DNA of 63,085 nucleotides, filler included, from an uncultured bacterium (GTDB taxonomy: Bacteria; DYJV01): assembly GCA_964543655.1 (NCBI GenBank). It is 5 parts of 5 records of this genome, joined end to end, with 100 filler letters (N's around TTAATTAATTAA, not from the genome) between each part and the next. Parts side by side here need not be neighbours in the genome. Positions count along the whole stretch, not along the records: positions 1 to 22,481 come from CAZIZE010000041.1; 4 more parts are not named here. One strand, written 5' to 3'. The position numbers were made by a program, and so were the translations under genes. The notes under the pieces are model-generated. The model had not been told where the DNA came from. It saw nothing but the letters and a program-made list of their open reading frames with translations, and did no database searches. Below, in pieces: positions 1 through 8,414 of this stretch (position 1 is the stretch's first letter; each line of letters starts with the position of its first letter).

Positions 1-738
1 GCATATTTTTATATAATCTTTAAAATATTCGTCTATCTCATCTTCTGTAATGCCGAGCAAATCACAATAAATGCTATCCATTGTTATATCATTAAGGTTA
101 TTTAGCTCTGAAAATACTCCTGCTTTGGAAAATTTGCTCACTCCTGTTAAAAGAACAAATCTTAAATTGCTTATTACACTTTCTGCTTTTATTGTTCCAA
201 ATAAACTCTTTAATATCTCCCTGTTCTTCTTTGCTATCTCTAACCTTTCATCTCCCTCTCCAAGATGACTTATTATTGGCTTGTCATATTCATCAACCAA
301 TACTATCACTTTTTCATTATATTTTTGCTCAAGCAATATCACAAGTTCTTCAAACTTATATTTCTCTTCTTTTGATTCCAAGCAAATATCATGTTTTTTG
401 GCTATTTTGTCAAATACCCTGCACACACCTGATTTTAAATTTTCCGGGGTATCAACTAAAACCTCATTAAAATCAATTACAATAACAGGGTGTTTCTTCC
501 ATTCATAATCTGAAGTGTATATCCATAAATCTTTAAATAATTCTTTGTTGCCAAGAAATATATTTTTAAGAGCTGATACAAGGAGTGATTTACCAAAACG
601 CCTTGGACGGGAGAGAAAATAAAATTCACCTTCTGTAATTAATTTATACAATTTTTTTGTTTTATCAACATAAATACAGTTATTATTTATAAGATTTTCA
701 AAAGAAGATTGTCCTATGGGTAATTTTTTTAGTTTCAT
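1..738 (-). CDS. AAA-ATPase-like family protein (often fused to a PD-(D/E)XK nuclease), 3' end outside window
   Basis: Not in ORF track (no stop in window). Manual translation from ATG at 738: MKLKKLPIGQSSFE..YVDKT..FLSRPRRFGKSLL (Walker A)..VLVDEYDKP (Walker B)..LTGVSKFSK..SELNNL, typical of this family. Confidence 0.9.
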   Translation of the reverse strand, partial: MKLKKLPIGQSSFENLINNNCIYVDKTKKLYKLITEGEFYFLSRPRRFGKSLLVSALKNIFLGNKELFKDLWIYTSDYEWKKHPVIVIDFNEVLVDTPENLKSGVCRVFDKIAKKHDICLESKEEKYKFEELVILLEQKYNEKVIVLVDEYDKPIISHLGEGDERLEIAKKNREILKSLFGTIKAESVISNLRFVLLTGVSKFSKAGVFSELNNLNDITMDSIYCDLLGITEDEIDEYFKDYIKIC

Positions 739-744
739 GTTTAT

Positions 745-773
745 AATTTATCAGAAAATTTGGATAAATTCAA
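745..773 (-). promoter_or_regulatory. sigma70-type promoter, probably leaderless transcript
   Basis: Minus strand TTGAAT-N17-TAAATT with extended -10 TG, 6 nt before the ATG at 738; no SD. Confidence 0.55.
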
Positions 774-1115
774 ATAGTTTTTAGATTTAAAATATTATTT
801 ATGGTCAATATAGATATTCTTTAAATTTTTTGTGGCATTATAAAAATCTTCTGTATGATTAATTATTCCTCTCACTAATTTTTGAGTCTTTGGAATTAAA
901 TCTTTTGTAAAAGCAGGGATAAAAACAGTATATTTAAGTCCTTTTAAGTTGCAAGTGTAAATTTTCATGATAAAGTAACCCAGTTTTTTCATGAAAATTG
1001 ACATTTTAAATTTTTCTTGTATTACAAATAGTTATATAAAATTTTCTTGACTTTTTGTTGTTTAATAGCTAATTAATATTTAGCAGGCTAATAAAATTTT
1101 AACAGGAGGTGTGTT

Positions 1116-1763
1116 ATGAAAAAGAGATTTTTTATTATGGCAACAACTATTTTTTTATGTGTATCATTAGTAAGTTCTCTCTTCCCTTTTGATTCAAAAT
1201 TAGCAACAAATATTACACCACTTCAGGCATATCACATGTTGGTTACTCAGCCGAATACTTACTTAGTTGATGTTAGAACAAGGTTTGAATATCAGCTGAT
1301 AGGCCATCCAATGTGGTTTAAAAATGGCAAAATGTATTTGGCTTATAATGTGCCTTTTATGTTTCTTACAAAAGAATTTGCAGTAAAAGGTCAGATGTTT
1401 GGGAAAAATAAAAAAGCTCCTGCCACAAGGTATCAGTTTGTTAAAAATAAAGATTTTATTAAAGTTTTAAAAAAGATGTTTAAACCAACTGATAATCTTA
1501 TCTTTATGTGTAGAAGTTCCAAAAGATCACATATTGCTGCTGATATTGCTTATAAAAATGGTTTTAAAAATAGCTATAATTTGGTTGGTGGCTTTGAAGG
1601 GTATAGATTTTTTGGAAAAAATAGAAGTGAGAAAGCTCTTGCAAAAATGTATAGCCCAATATATGGTAAGGCTGGTTTTGTTAATGGATGGAAATATTAT
1701 GAATTGCCATATACATACAAAATTAGCCCTAAATATGTATATCCACCAGATTTAAAAAGGTAG
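1116..1763 (+). CDS. Exported rhodanese-like domain protein
   Basis: N-terminal signal-like segment, VDVRT..E motif, active-site loop CRSSKRS, YNLVGGFEG; AGGAGG RBS. Confidence 0.85.
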   Translation: MKKRFFIMATTIFLCVSLVSSLFPFDSKLATNITPLQAYHMLVTQPNTYLVDVRTRFEYQLIGHPMWFKNGKMYLAYNVPFMFLTKEFAVKGQMFGKNKKAPATRYQFVKNKDFIKVLKKMFKPTDNLIFMCRSSKRSHIAADIAYKNGFKNSYNLVGGFEGYRFFGKNRSEKALAKMYSPIYGKAGFVNGWKYYELPYTYKISPKYVYPPDLKR

Positions 1764-1769
1764 TGTCCG

Positions 1770-2498
1770 TTGGAAAAATTATTTGAGATTAAGTCAGATG
1801 CAGAAGCGATTTTTAAAAAAAGGCCAAATAAATATATTGCATTGGTGGACATTGTTGCACCTTTTTTTGAAGAAGATGTGCTTGTTCATATACATGACCC
1901 AGGCAGGCTTGCAGAGATATTATTTTCAGGAAATAGGCTCCTTTTAAAGAATGAAGATAAGCCACATAGAAAGACAAGGTGGGATGTTATAGCAGGGAAA
2001 GTTAATGAGCATTTTGTGCTCATTCATTCTAAATATCATAGAAAGATAGCAGAAGCTATTTTTAAAACAAAAATACTACCTATCAATGAAAGGTTTAATA
2101 AAATAAAAGCAGAGGTTAGATATAAAAATCATAGAATTGATTTTGTTGCATATGATAATAAAGGGAATGAGTGCTGGATTGAAGTAAAAGGTTGCACATT
2201 GGGGAAAGATGGTGTTGCTCTTTTTCCAGATGCGCCTACAATTAGAGGGGCAAATCATTTGAAAACTTTGCTTAAATTAAAAGAGATTGGTAATGATGCA
2301 ATGCTTTTGATTTTAGTTTTTGCTCCTGATGTTGAATGTTTTATGCCAAATTTTGAAACTGATAAAAATTTCGCGGAGCTTTTTAAAGAGGTATTAAAAA
2401 AGGGGATACCAGTGTATCCCCTTTCACTTATTTATAAAAATAATTATGTGTGGTTTATGCAAAAGCTTAAACTATGTGATAATTTAGTAAAAGTTTAA
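1770..2498 (+). CDS. sfsA: DNA/RNA nuclease SfsA
   Basis: RPNKY, HDPGRL, RIDF, WIEVKGCTL, FPDAPTIRGANHL motifs. Confidence 0.9.
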   Translation: MEKLFEIKSDAEAIFKKRPNKYIALVDIVAPFFEEDVLVHIHDPGRLAEILFSGNRLLLKNEDKPHRKTRWDVIAGKVNEHFVLIHSKYHRKIAEAIFKTKILPINERFNKIKAEVRYKNHRIDFVAYDNKGNECWIEVKGCTLGKDGVALFPDAPTIRGANHLKTLLKLKEIGNDAMLLILVFAPDVECFMPNFETDKNFAELFKEVLKKGIPVYPLSLIYKNNYVWFMQKLKLCDNLVKV

Positions 2499-3688
2499 CA
2501 ATCCACTTTAACAACAAGAGCTGCTCCTGTATCACCTGCTGCACAACCTGTAAAAAGTCCATAACCACCACCTTTTATTACAAGTTCTTCAATTAATTCT
2601 ATAATCAATCTTCCTGCTGTAGGACCCTGTGGATGTCCAAATACAAGAGAGCTTCCGTAGTTGTTCATACTTTCCCATTTTATACCAAACTGCTTTGCAA
2701 AGTAAATGTCATTAACAGCAAAAGGATTGTGACTTTTAATAGCATTCATATCTTCTATTTTAAGACCAGCTTTTTCAAGTGCCATTTGAGCAGCAGGAAC
2801 AGGTGCTTTTGCCATGCAGCCAATTTCTACTTTTGAATAACCATAAGAGAGTATCTGAATAGAAATATTTTTATCAGCACTTAACTCAGCTGCCTTTTCT
2901 TTTGTGGTAACAATTATAAAGCAATTGCCATCAGCAGGATGAGTTTGCGCCCCAAAGCTATGAACTCCATTAGGAAGTACAGGAGAAAGTTTTGCAAGTC
3001 CATCCTTTGTTGATGGAATAATTCCTTCATCTTCTTCTAACAGAACAGTTTTTTTCTTGCTAATTCTAACCTCTGCAGGGAAAAAGTATCTTTTTTGAAA
3101 TTCTCTATTATTTTTTAATGCATCTGTGTACTGGTTATATCTGAGAACTGCCATGTCATCACACTCTTCTTTGGTTACGCCTATTTCTTTGGCAACTTTT
3201 TCAGCTGTTTCTATCATTGCATTTTTAGCAAAAGGATCATGATTAAAATTATCCATTAGCCAGTTTTCATGAATAACCTCTGCTCCTGGTCCAAGAGGGT
3301 TTGGCCAGACAATGTGTGGTCCATTTGAGCATCTGTCTGTCATAAGGTTAGCAACAGTTCCAAACATTCCCTGCTCTAATCCAAGTGCTGCATAGTAGAG
3401 GCATGTGGTTGAAGTTGAGCAGGCCTGGCTAACATTGCATCCAGAAATATGCTCAGCACCCATAAGTGCAGCAGCCCAAGGAGCACCGTAAAATGCCTGT
3501 TTTTGATGGATGGTAAATCCAAGGTAAAGATACTCAAAAATTTTTGGGTCAATGCCTTTGCTCTCCATCCATTTTTTTGCAGTTGCTGCACCAAAAATAA
3601 CAGCATGCTCATTTTGCAATGTCATCTGCCATTTTGAAAATGGTGTGGAATAGTATCCTTTGTAAGGTATAAAAGCTTTGGTAAACAT
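2495..3688 (-). CDS. Thiolase (acetyl-CoA C-acyltransferase family)
   Basis: Catalytic QACSTS, GHPQGPTA and C-terminal GCAAG motifs; AGGAGG RBS. Confidence 0.9.
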   Translation of the reverse strand: MFTKAFIPYKGYYSTPFSKWQMTLQNEHAVIFGAATAKKWMESKGIDPKIFEYLYLGFTIHQKQAFYGAPWAAALMGAEHISGCNVSQACSTSTTCLYYAALGLEQGMFGTVANLMTDRCSNGPHIVWPNPLGPGAEVIHENWLMDNFNHDPFAKNAMIETAEKVAKEIGVTKEECDDMAVLRYNQYTDALKNNREFQKRYFFPAEVRISKKKTVLLEEDEGIIPSTKDGLAKLSPVLPNGVHSFGAQTHPADGNCFIIVTTKEKAAELSADKNISIQILSYGYSKVEIGCMAKAPVPAAQMALEKAGLKIEDMNAIKSHNPFAVNDIYFAKQFGIKWESMNNYGSSLVFGHPQGPTAGRLIIELIEELVIKGGGYGLFTGCAAGDTGAALVVKVDC

Positions 3689-3704
3689 TTAATCCTCCTT
3701 TATT

Positions 3705-5282
3705 TTAATTTTCACTCCAAGTTCCGTATTTTTCTCTTAATTTTCTGTGCAAAATTTTGCCAGTGCCTGTTCTTGGCATTTCTTCATCAGTAATGAATTC
3801 TACTCTTTTTGGAATCTTGTAACCTGCTATTTTTCCTCTGCAATACTCTCTAATCTCTTTTTTCAATTCCTCTGTTGGTTCATAACCATCATTTAAAATA
3901 ATCACAGCAGTTACTGCTTCACCCCATTTAGGATCAGGAATGCCAATAACAGCAACATCTTTTACTGCTTCATGAGAACCAACTACATTTTCAACTTCAG
4001 ATGGATACACATTTTCTCCACCTGTGATTATCATGTTTTTCTTCCTGTCAACAAGATAGTAATATCCATCTTCATCTTTTCGTGCCATATCACCTGCACT
4101 AAAATATTCACCTACAAAAGCTTCTTTAGTAGCTTCTGGTAGTTTCCAGTATTCTTTGAAAAGCATAGGTGAAAATGAATAAAGCTCTCCAACTTCTCCA
4201 TCTGGAACTTCATTACCATCGTCATCTAAAATTTTTAGCTTTCTTGTACCTATAACCTCTCTACCAATTGAACCAAGTTTAGAAAATTGCTCATCTGGTC
4301 TGAGCAGAGTAACAAGGCCTGCCTCTGTGGAGCCATAAGCTTCAAAAAGCTCTGAATTTTTAAAATATTCTAAAATACCAAGTTTGGTATCTTTTCTTGC
4401 TGGTGCTGAAGAGCAGAGGAGTTTCCTGATTTTGCTAACATCATATTTGTTTTTGATTTCATCAGGTAATGAAAGAATCATTATGTAATGTGTTGGAACA
4501 AGAGATGTGAAGGTAATATTTTCTTCAGATAAAGTTTTTAAAAAATGCTCTGGGTCAAAGCTTTTAACATTGTATATACAAACACTCCCATAAGTATAGG
4601 TAAATACAAAAGAGTAAAAAATGGAGTTAATATGGCACATTGGCATAACAAGAAGTCCAATATCCTCTCTACCAAAACCAAATTCAGCAATATTGATTAA
4701 ATAAAATGCTATTAAGCTTTCATGTGTTCTTACAACACCCTTTGGCTTGCCAGTGGTGCCTGAAGTATAAGTCATTACCCATACATCTTTATCTGTAACT
4801 TCCACATCTGGTTCTTCTGCTGATGCTTTGGAAATTAAATCTTCATAACCAATGTAATTTTCTGGAACATTATTGTCACCAAAGTAGATAAAATTTTTTG
4901 ATAAAGTTTCATTGAGATTAGACCTGATAGAATCAGCGCCTTGAGCAAAATCTGATTCAACAATAAAAGCTTTTGCCTCAGAGTTTTGCAAAATATATTC
5001 ATATTCAGCAGGTGGCATTCTAAACATTATAGGTACAGCAACAATACCTGATTTTGCGCATGCACCATATATTTCCATCCATTCAACACAGTTATATGCT
5101 ATAATTGCAATCTTATCACCTTTTTTTAAACCAAGTGAAAGCAAAGCATTTGCAAGTTTATTACATCTATCATTCCACTCTTTAAATGTCATTGATCGAG
5201 AGAGATCTTTAGCTCCTAATTTATTGGGATAAAGATATGCTGCCATTTTTAGAACTTCTCCTACATGCATCCATTTTCTCAT
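3705..5282 (-). CDS. AMP-dependent acyl-CoA synthetase (carboxylate-CoA ligase)
   Basis: YTSGTTGKPKG, YGSTE, GD, DRKK..GGENVYP, PRTGTGK motifs. Confidence 0.93.
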   Translation of the reverse strand: MRKWMHVGEVLKMAAYLYPNKLGAKDLSRSMTFKEWNDRCNKLANALLSLGLKKGDKIAIIAYNCVEWMEIYGACAKSGIVAVPIMFRMPPAEYEYILQNSEAKAFIVESDFAQGADSIRSNLNETLSKNFIYFGDNNVPENYIGYEDLISKASAEEPDVEVTDKDVWVMTYTSGTTGKPKGVVRTHESLIAFYLINIAEFGFGREDIGLLVMPMCHINSIFYSFVFTYTYGSVCIYNVKSFDPEHFLKTLSEENITFTSLVPTHYIMILSLPDEIKNKYDVSKIRKLLCSSAPARKDTKLGILEYFKNSELFEAYGSTEAGLVTLLRPDEQFSKLGSIGREVIGTRKLKILDDDGNEVPDGEVGELYSFSPMLFKEYWKLPEATKEAFVGEYFSAGDMARKDEDGYYYLVDRKKNMIITGGENVYPSEVENVVGSHEAVKDVAVIGIPDPKWGEAVTAVIILNDGYEPTEELKKEIREYCRGKIAGYKIPKRVEFITDEEMPRTGTGKILHRKLREKYGTWSEN

Positions 5283-5399
5283 GATAATCCTCCTTAAAAA
5301 TTTATTTTTAAAATCTTACACAACTTATTAACAAGCTATAATGAAAGGCAATAAGTAAACCAAAATATAAAAAATAGCAAGAATAATATTGTAGCACAA

Positions 5400-5445
5400 T
5401 GTATACAAAAAAAAACAACAAAAAATTGTATAAAAAAATATACAA
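5400..5445. promoter_or_regulatory. Tandem TGT-N12-ACA boxes, putative enhancer-binding-protein sites
   Basis: TGT-N12-ACA at 5400-5417 and 5427-5444 (the latter in palindrome TTGTATA-N6-TATACAA), about 230 bp upstream of a sigma54 promoter. Confidence 0.6.
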
Positions 5446-5666
5446 GTATAATTGTAACTACAAAATTAAAGATTTTTCAGATTGTTATATCTTTATATTA
5501 ACAAACCATATTATTAATGGTTCTTTATACGTTTATCTTTTTCGTAATAACTGTTTCTTTAAATAGTTGGTCAGTTAAAACTCTTTGTTATTTTTTTATT
5601 TTTATACGTGTAATATCAATATTAGTGCCAGTTATAATTTGGAAAAGAATAAAACATTTTTTTATG

Positions 5667-5682
5667 TGGCAACAATTTTGCA
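5667..5682 (+). promoter_or_regulatory. sigma54 (-24/-12) promoter
   Basis: TGGCAACAATTTTGCA = GG-N10-GC, ending 35 nt before the ATG at 5718. Confidence 0.8.
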
Positions 5683-5717
5683 GGTATAAATGGCAAAAAT
5701 ATCTGGGAGGTATTTGT

Positions 5718-6668
5718 ATGGATAAAAAATTGAAAATGGCAATTGTTGGAGCAGGTGCTCTTGGTGGAACATTTGGTGCACTTTTAACAGATGCTGGGTT
5801 TGATGTTACTCTTATAGAAATTGACAAAAGACGGGTTGATGCAATTAAAAAAAATGGAATAGTACTCTACATGCCAGATGGCTCAGTGAAAAAAGTTAAG
5901 GTTAAAATAACAGACAATCCAAAAGAAGCAGGGATAATGGATATTGTTCAAATTTCAGTAAAAGGTTACCATACACATTCTGCTGCTACCATGGCATTGC
6001 CAATGGTTGGCGAAAATACCTATGTTATCTCTGTTCAAAATGGTATAGGTAACCTTGAAGTAATAGCAAATGTTGTTGGTAAAGAAAAAGTTGTTGGTGG
6101 TGTTACTGCTCATAGTGCAATGCCATTATCACTTTATGAGATTAAATATACAGGTGGTATTGGTGGTGTATGGCTTGGTAGGTATGATGGTACAAAGGAT
6201 AAAAGGCTTGAAGAGATTGCCAAGTTGTTTAATAAGGCAGGGTTTACTACTGAAATTATTTCTGGTAATGTAGAGGTGCCAATTTGGAGAAAACTGCTTG
6301 CAAATGTTGCATGCAATGCTGTTGCAGCATTAACAGGTTTTACAGGTAATCAGCTTTTAGGTTGTGAGCATACAAGAGAGCTAATAATTAAGCTTGCAGA
6401 GGAAACAGCAGAAGTTGCAAAAGCCAAAGGTCTTGAATTTGAAGAGTTAAAATTTGCAGGAGCTTTTGTATTAAAAGCTCTCTCTGGTGTTAAAGATAAT
6501 AAAATCTCAATGCTGCAAGATGTTGAGGCAAAAAGAAGGACAGAAATAGACACATTAAATGGTGCTATAGTTAGAGAAGGTGCAAAGTATGGAGTAAAAA
6601 CTCCTTATAATGAAACTATTACTTATTTAATTAAGTCCCTTGAGCAGAAAATGTTGTGGGAGAAATAA
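5718..6668 (+). CDS. Ketopantoate reductase (PanE/ApbA) family oxidoreductase
   Basis: GAGALG Rossmann motif, VKGY, QNGIG, WRKLLAN, SMLQD, RRTEID. Start moved to ATG 5718 after GGGAGG RBS. Substrate uncertain in this context. Confidence 0.88.
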   Translation: MDKKLKMAIVGAGALGGTFGALLTDAGFDVTLIEIDKRRVDAIKKNGIVLYMPDGSVKKVKVKITDNPKEAGIMDIVQISVKGYHTHSAATMALPMVGENTYVISVQNGIGNLEVIANVVGKEKVVGGVTAHSAMPLSLYEIKYTGGIGGVWLGRYDGTKDKRLEEIAKLFNKAGFTTEIISGNVEVPIWRKLLANVACNAVAALTGFTGNQLLGCEHTRELIIKLAEETAEVAKAKGLEFEELKFAGAFVLKALSGVKDNKISMLQDVEAKRRTEIDTLNGAIVREGAKYGVKTPYNETITYLIKSLEQKMLWEK

Positions 6669-6697
6669 TAATAAAATAAAAATTTTGGAGGTTTAAT

Positions 6698-7507
6698 ATG
6701 AGCTACAAATTTTTTAATCTTACAGTAGAAGATGGTGTTGGTATTATTGAATTAAACAGACCACCTGCAAATTCATTAAATGCAGAATTTACAGATGAGC
6801 TTGGTGCTGCTTTTGATGAATTAGAGAAGAATGATGAAGCTAAGGTTATTCTTATCAAAAGCGCTTTACCTGGTTTTTTTGTTGCAGGTGCTGATATTAA
6901 AATGTTTGCAGAGATGACTCCTCTTGAAGGAAAGGCAATTTCAAAAAGGTTACAGGAAGTTATTGGAAAACTTGAAAATATGAATAAAATTTCTATTGCT
7001 GCAATTAATGGTTATGCTCTTGGTGGTGGACTTGAGCTTGCGCTTGGATGTGATTTTAGGTTTGCAGCAAAAGTTGCTAAAGTAAAAGATAAAGAGCGAC
7101 CTGTTATGGTAGGATTACCAGAAACATCTCTTGGTGTAATTCCAGGAGCTGGTGGTACTCAAAGGCTTGCAAGAATTATAGGTGCAAAAAGAGCTCTATT
7201 TTACATTGCTCAGGCTGCTCAGATGGATGTTGAGGAAGCATTTAGACTTGGCATTATAGAGAAAGTTTTTGAAAATGACGAAGAGCTTAATAAAGGAGCT
7301 TTAGAATTTGCAAAATCACTTGCTAAAAAAGCCACTTATGCAATTGGCGCTGCAAAGAGGGCAATTTATGATGGAGTAAATGAGACATTGGAAGTGGGAC
7401 TAAAGTTTGAATGTCAGGAATTTTACAACTGTTTTGAATCTGAAGATTCAACAGAGGGCTTTAATGCTTTTATTGAAAAGAGAAAGCCAAATTTTAAAGG
7501 AAAGTAA
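6698..7507 (+). CDS. Enoyl-CoA hydratase/isomerase family protein
   Basis: [32 protein letters not shown] with both catalytic Glu. Confidence 0.92.
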   Translation: MSYKFFNLTVEDGVGIIELNRPPANSLNAEFTDELGAAFDELEKNDEAKVILIKSALPGFFVAGADIKMFAEMTPLEGKAISKRLQEVIGKLENMNKISIAAINGYALGGGLELALGCDFRFAAKVAKVKDKERPVMVGLPETSLGVIPGAGGTQRLARIIGAKRALFYIAQAAQMDVEEAFRLGIIEKVFENDEELNKGALEFAKSLAKKATYAIGAAKRAIYDGVNETLEVGLKFECQEFYNCFESEDSTEGFNAFIEKRKPNFKGK

Positions 7508-7533
7508 ACTTAAAAAACAACAAGGAGGAAGAT

Positions 7534-8403
7534 ATGAAGTTTGAAGATATAAAAAAAATAGGTGTATGTGGTGCTGGAAGCATGGGGTCTGGTATTATTC
7601 AGGTATGTGCAATGGCAGGATATGAAGTTCAGGTGCTTGAAGTAAGTGAAGATGCATGGGCAAGAGGAAAAAAGTTAATAGATAAAAGTTTGAGCAGATT
7701 ACTTAAAAAAGGAAAAATCTCTCAAGATGATTATGATGCAATATGGAAAAGAATAGCTTTTTCAACAGATGTTGCTCCTTTTAAAGATGTTGATTTTGTT
7801 ATTGAGGCTGTTTTTGAAAATGTTGATGTTAAAAAAGAAACATACAATAAACTTGATTCTGTTTTAAAAGATGATGTTATAATTGCTACAAATACTTCAT
7901 CAATTTGTATTACTGAATTATCCTCATTAACAAAGAGACCTGATAAATTTGTTGGTATGCACTTTTTTAACCCAGTTCCTATGATGAGACTTGTTGAGGT
8001 TATCCCTGCTCTTCAAACAACAGATGAAACTGTTGAAATAGCAATGCAGGTTTCAAAAAAAATAGGAAAAGATCCTGTTAAATGTACAGATTCACCTGGT
8101 TTTATTGTAAACAGATTGCTGGTTCCTCTATTTATTGAAGCTGCAAGAATGGTGGAAGAGGGTGTTGCAACTGTGGAAGATATTGATAAAGCAATGAAAC
8201 TTGGTGCTGGTTTTCCAATGGGACCATGTGAGTTAATGGATTTTACAGGTGTTGAAATAACATACCATGTTGGAAATATCTTTTATGAATATACAAAGAT
8301 TCCATACTACAATCCTCCATACTTGCTCAGAAAAATGGTTAATGCTGGCTATCTTGGCAGGAAAACAGGGAAAGGTTTTTACGATTATTCAGAGAAAGAT
8401 TAA
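7534..8403 (+). CDS. hbd: 3-hydroxyacyl(butyryl)-CoA dehydrogenase
   Basis: [42 protein letters not shown]. Confidence 0.9.
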   Translation: MKFEDIKKIGVCGAGSMGSGIIQVCAMAGYEVQVLEVSEDAWARGKKLIDKSLSRLLKKGKISQDDYDAIWKRIAFSTDVAPFKDVDFVIEAVFENVDVKKETYNKLDSVLKDDVIIATNTSSICITELSSLTKRPDKFVGMHFFNPVPMMRLVEVIPALQTTDETVEIAMQVSKKIGKDPVKCTDSPGFIVNRLLVPLFIEAARMVEEGVATVEDIDKAMKLGAGFPMGPCELMDFTGVEITYHVGNIFYEYTKIPYYNPPYLLRKMVNAGYLGRKTGKGFYDYSEKD

Positions 8404-8414
8404 AGGAGGCAAAA

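Noticed and set aside
71-508. Three short plus-strand ORFs
   Set aside because: Antisense shadows of the AAA-ATPase-like gene on the minus strand.
795-1004. 69-aa minus-strand ORF
   Set aside because: No RBS or recognisable motif; overlaps promoter-like and inverted-repeat DNA. Cannot be supported, though not excluded.
5517-5717. Hydrophobic N-terminal extension of the PanE-like ORF suggesting a membrane anchor
   Set aside because: Region contains the sigma54 promoter; the RBS-supported start is 5718.
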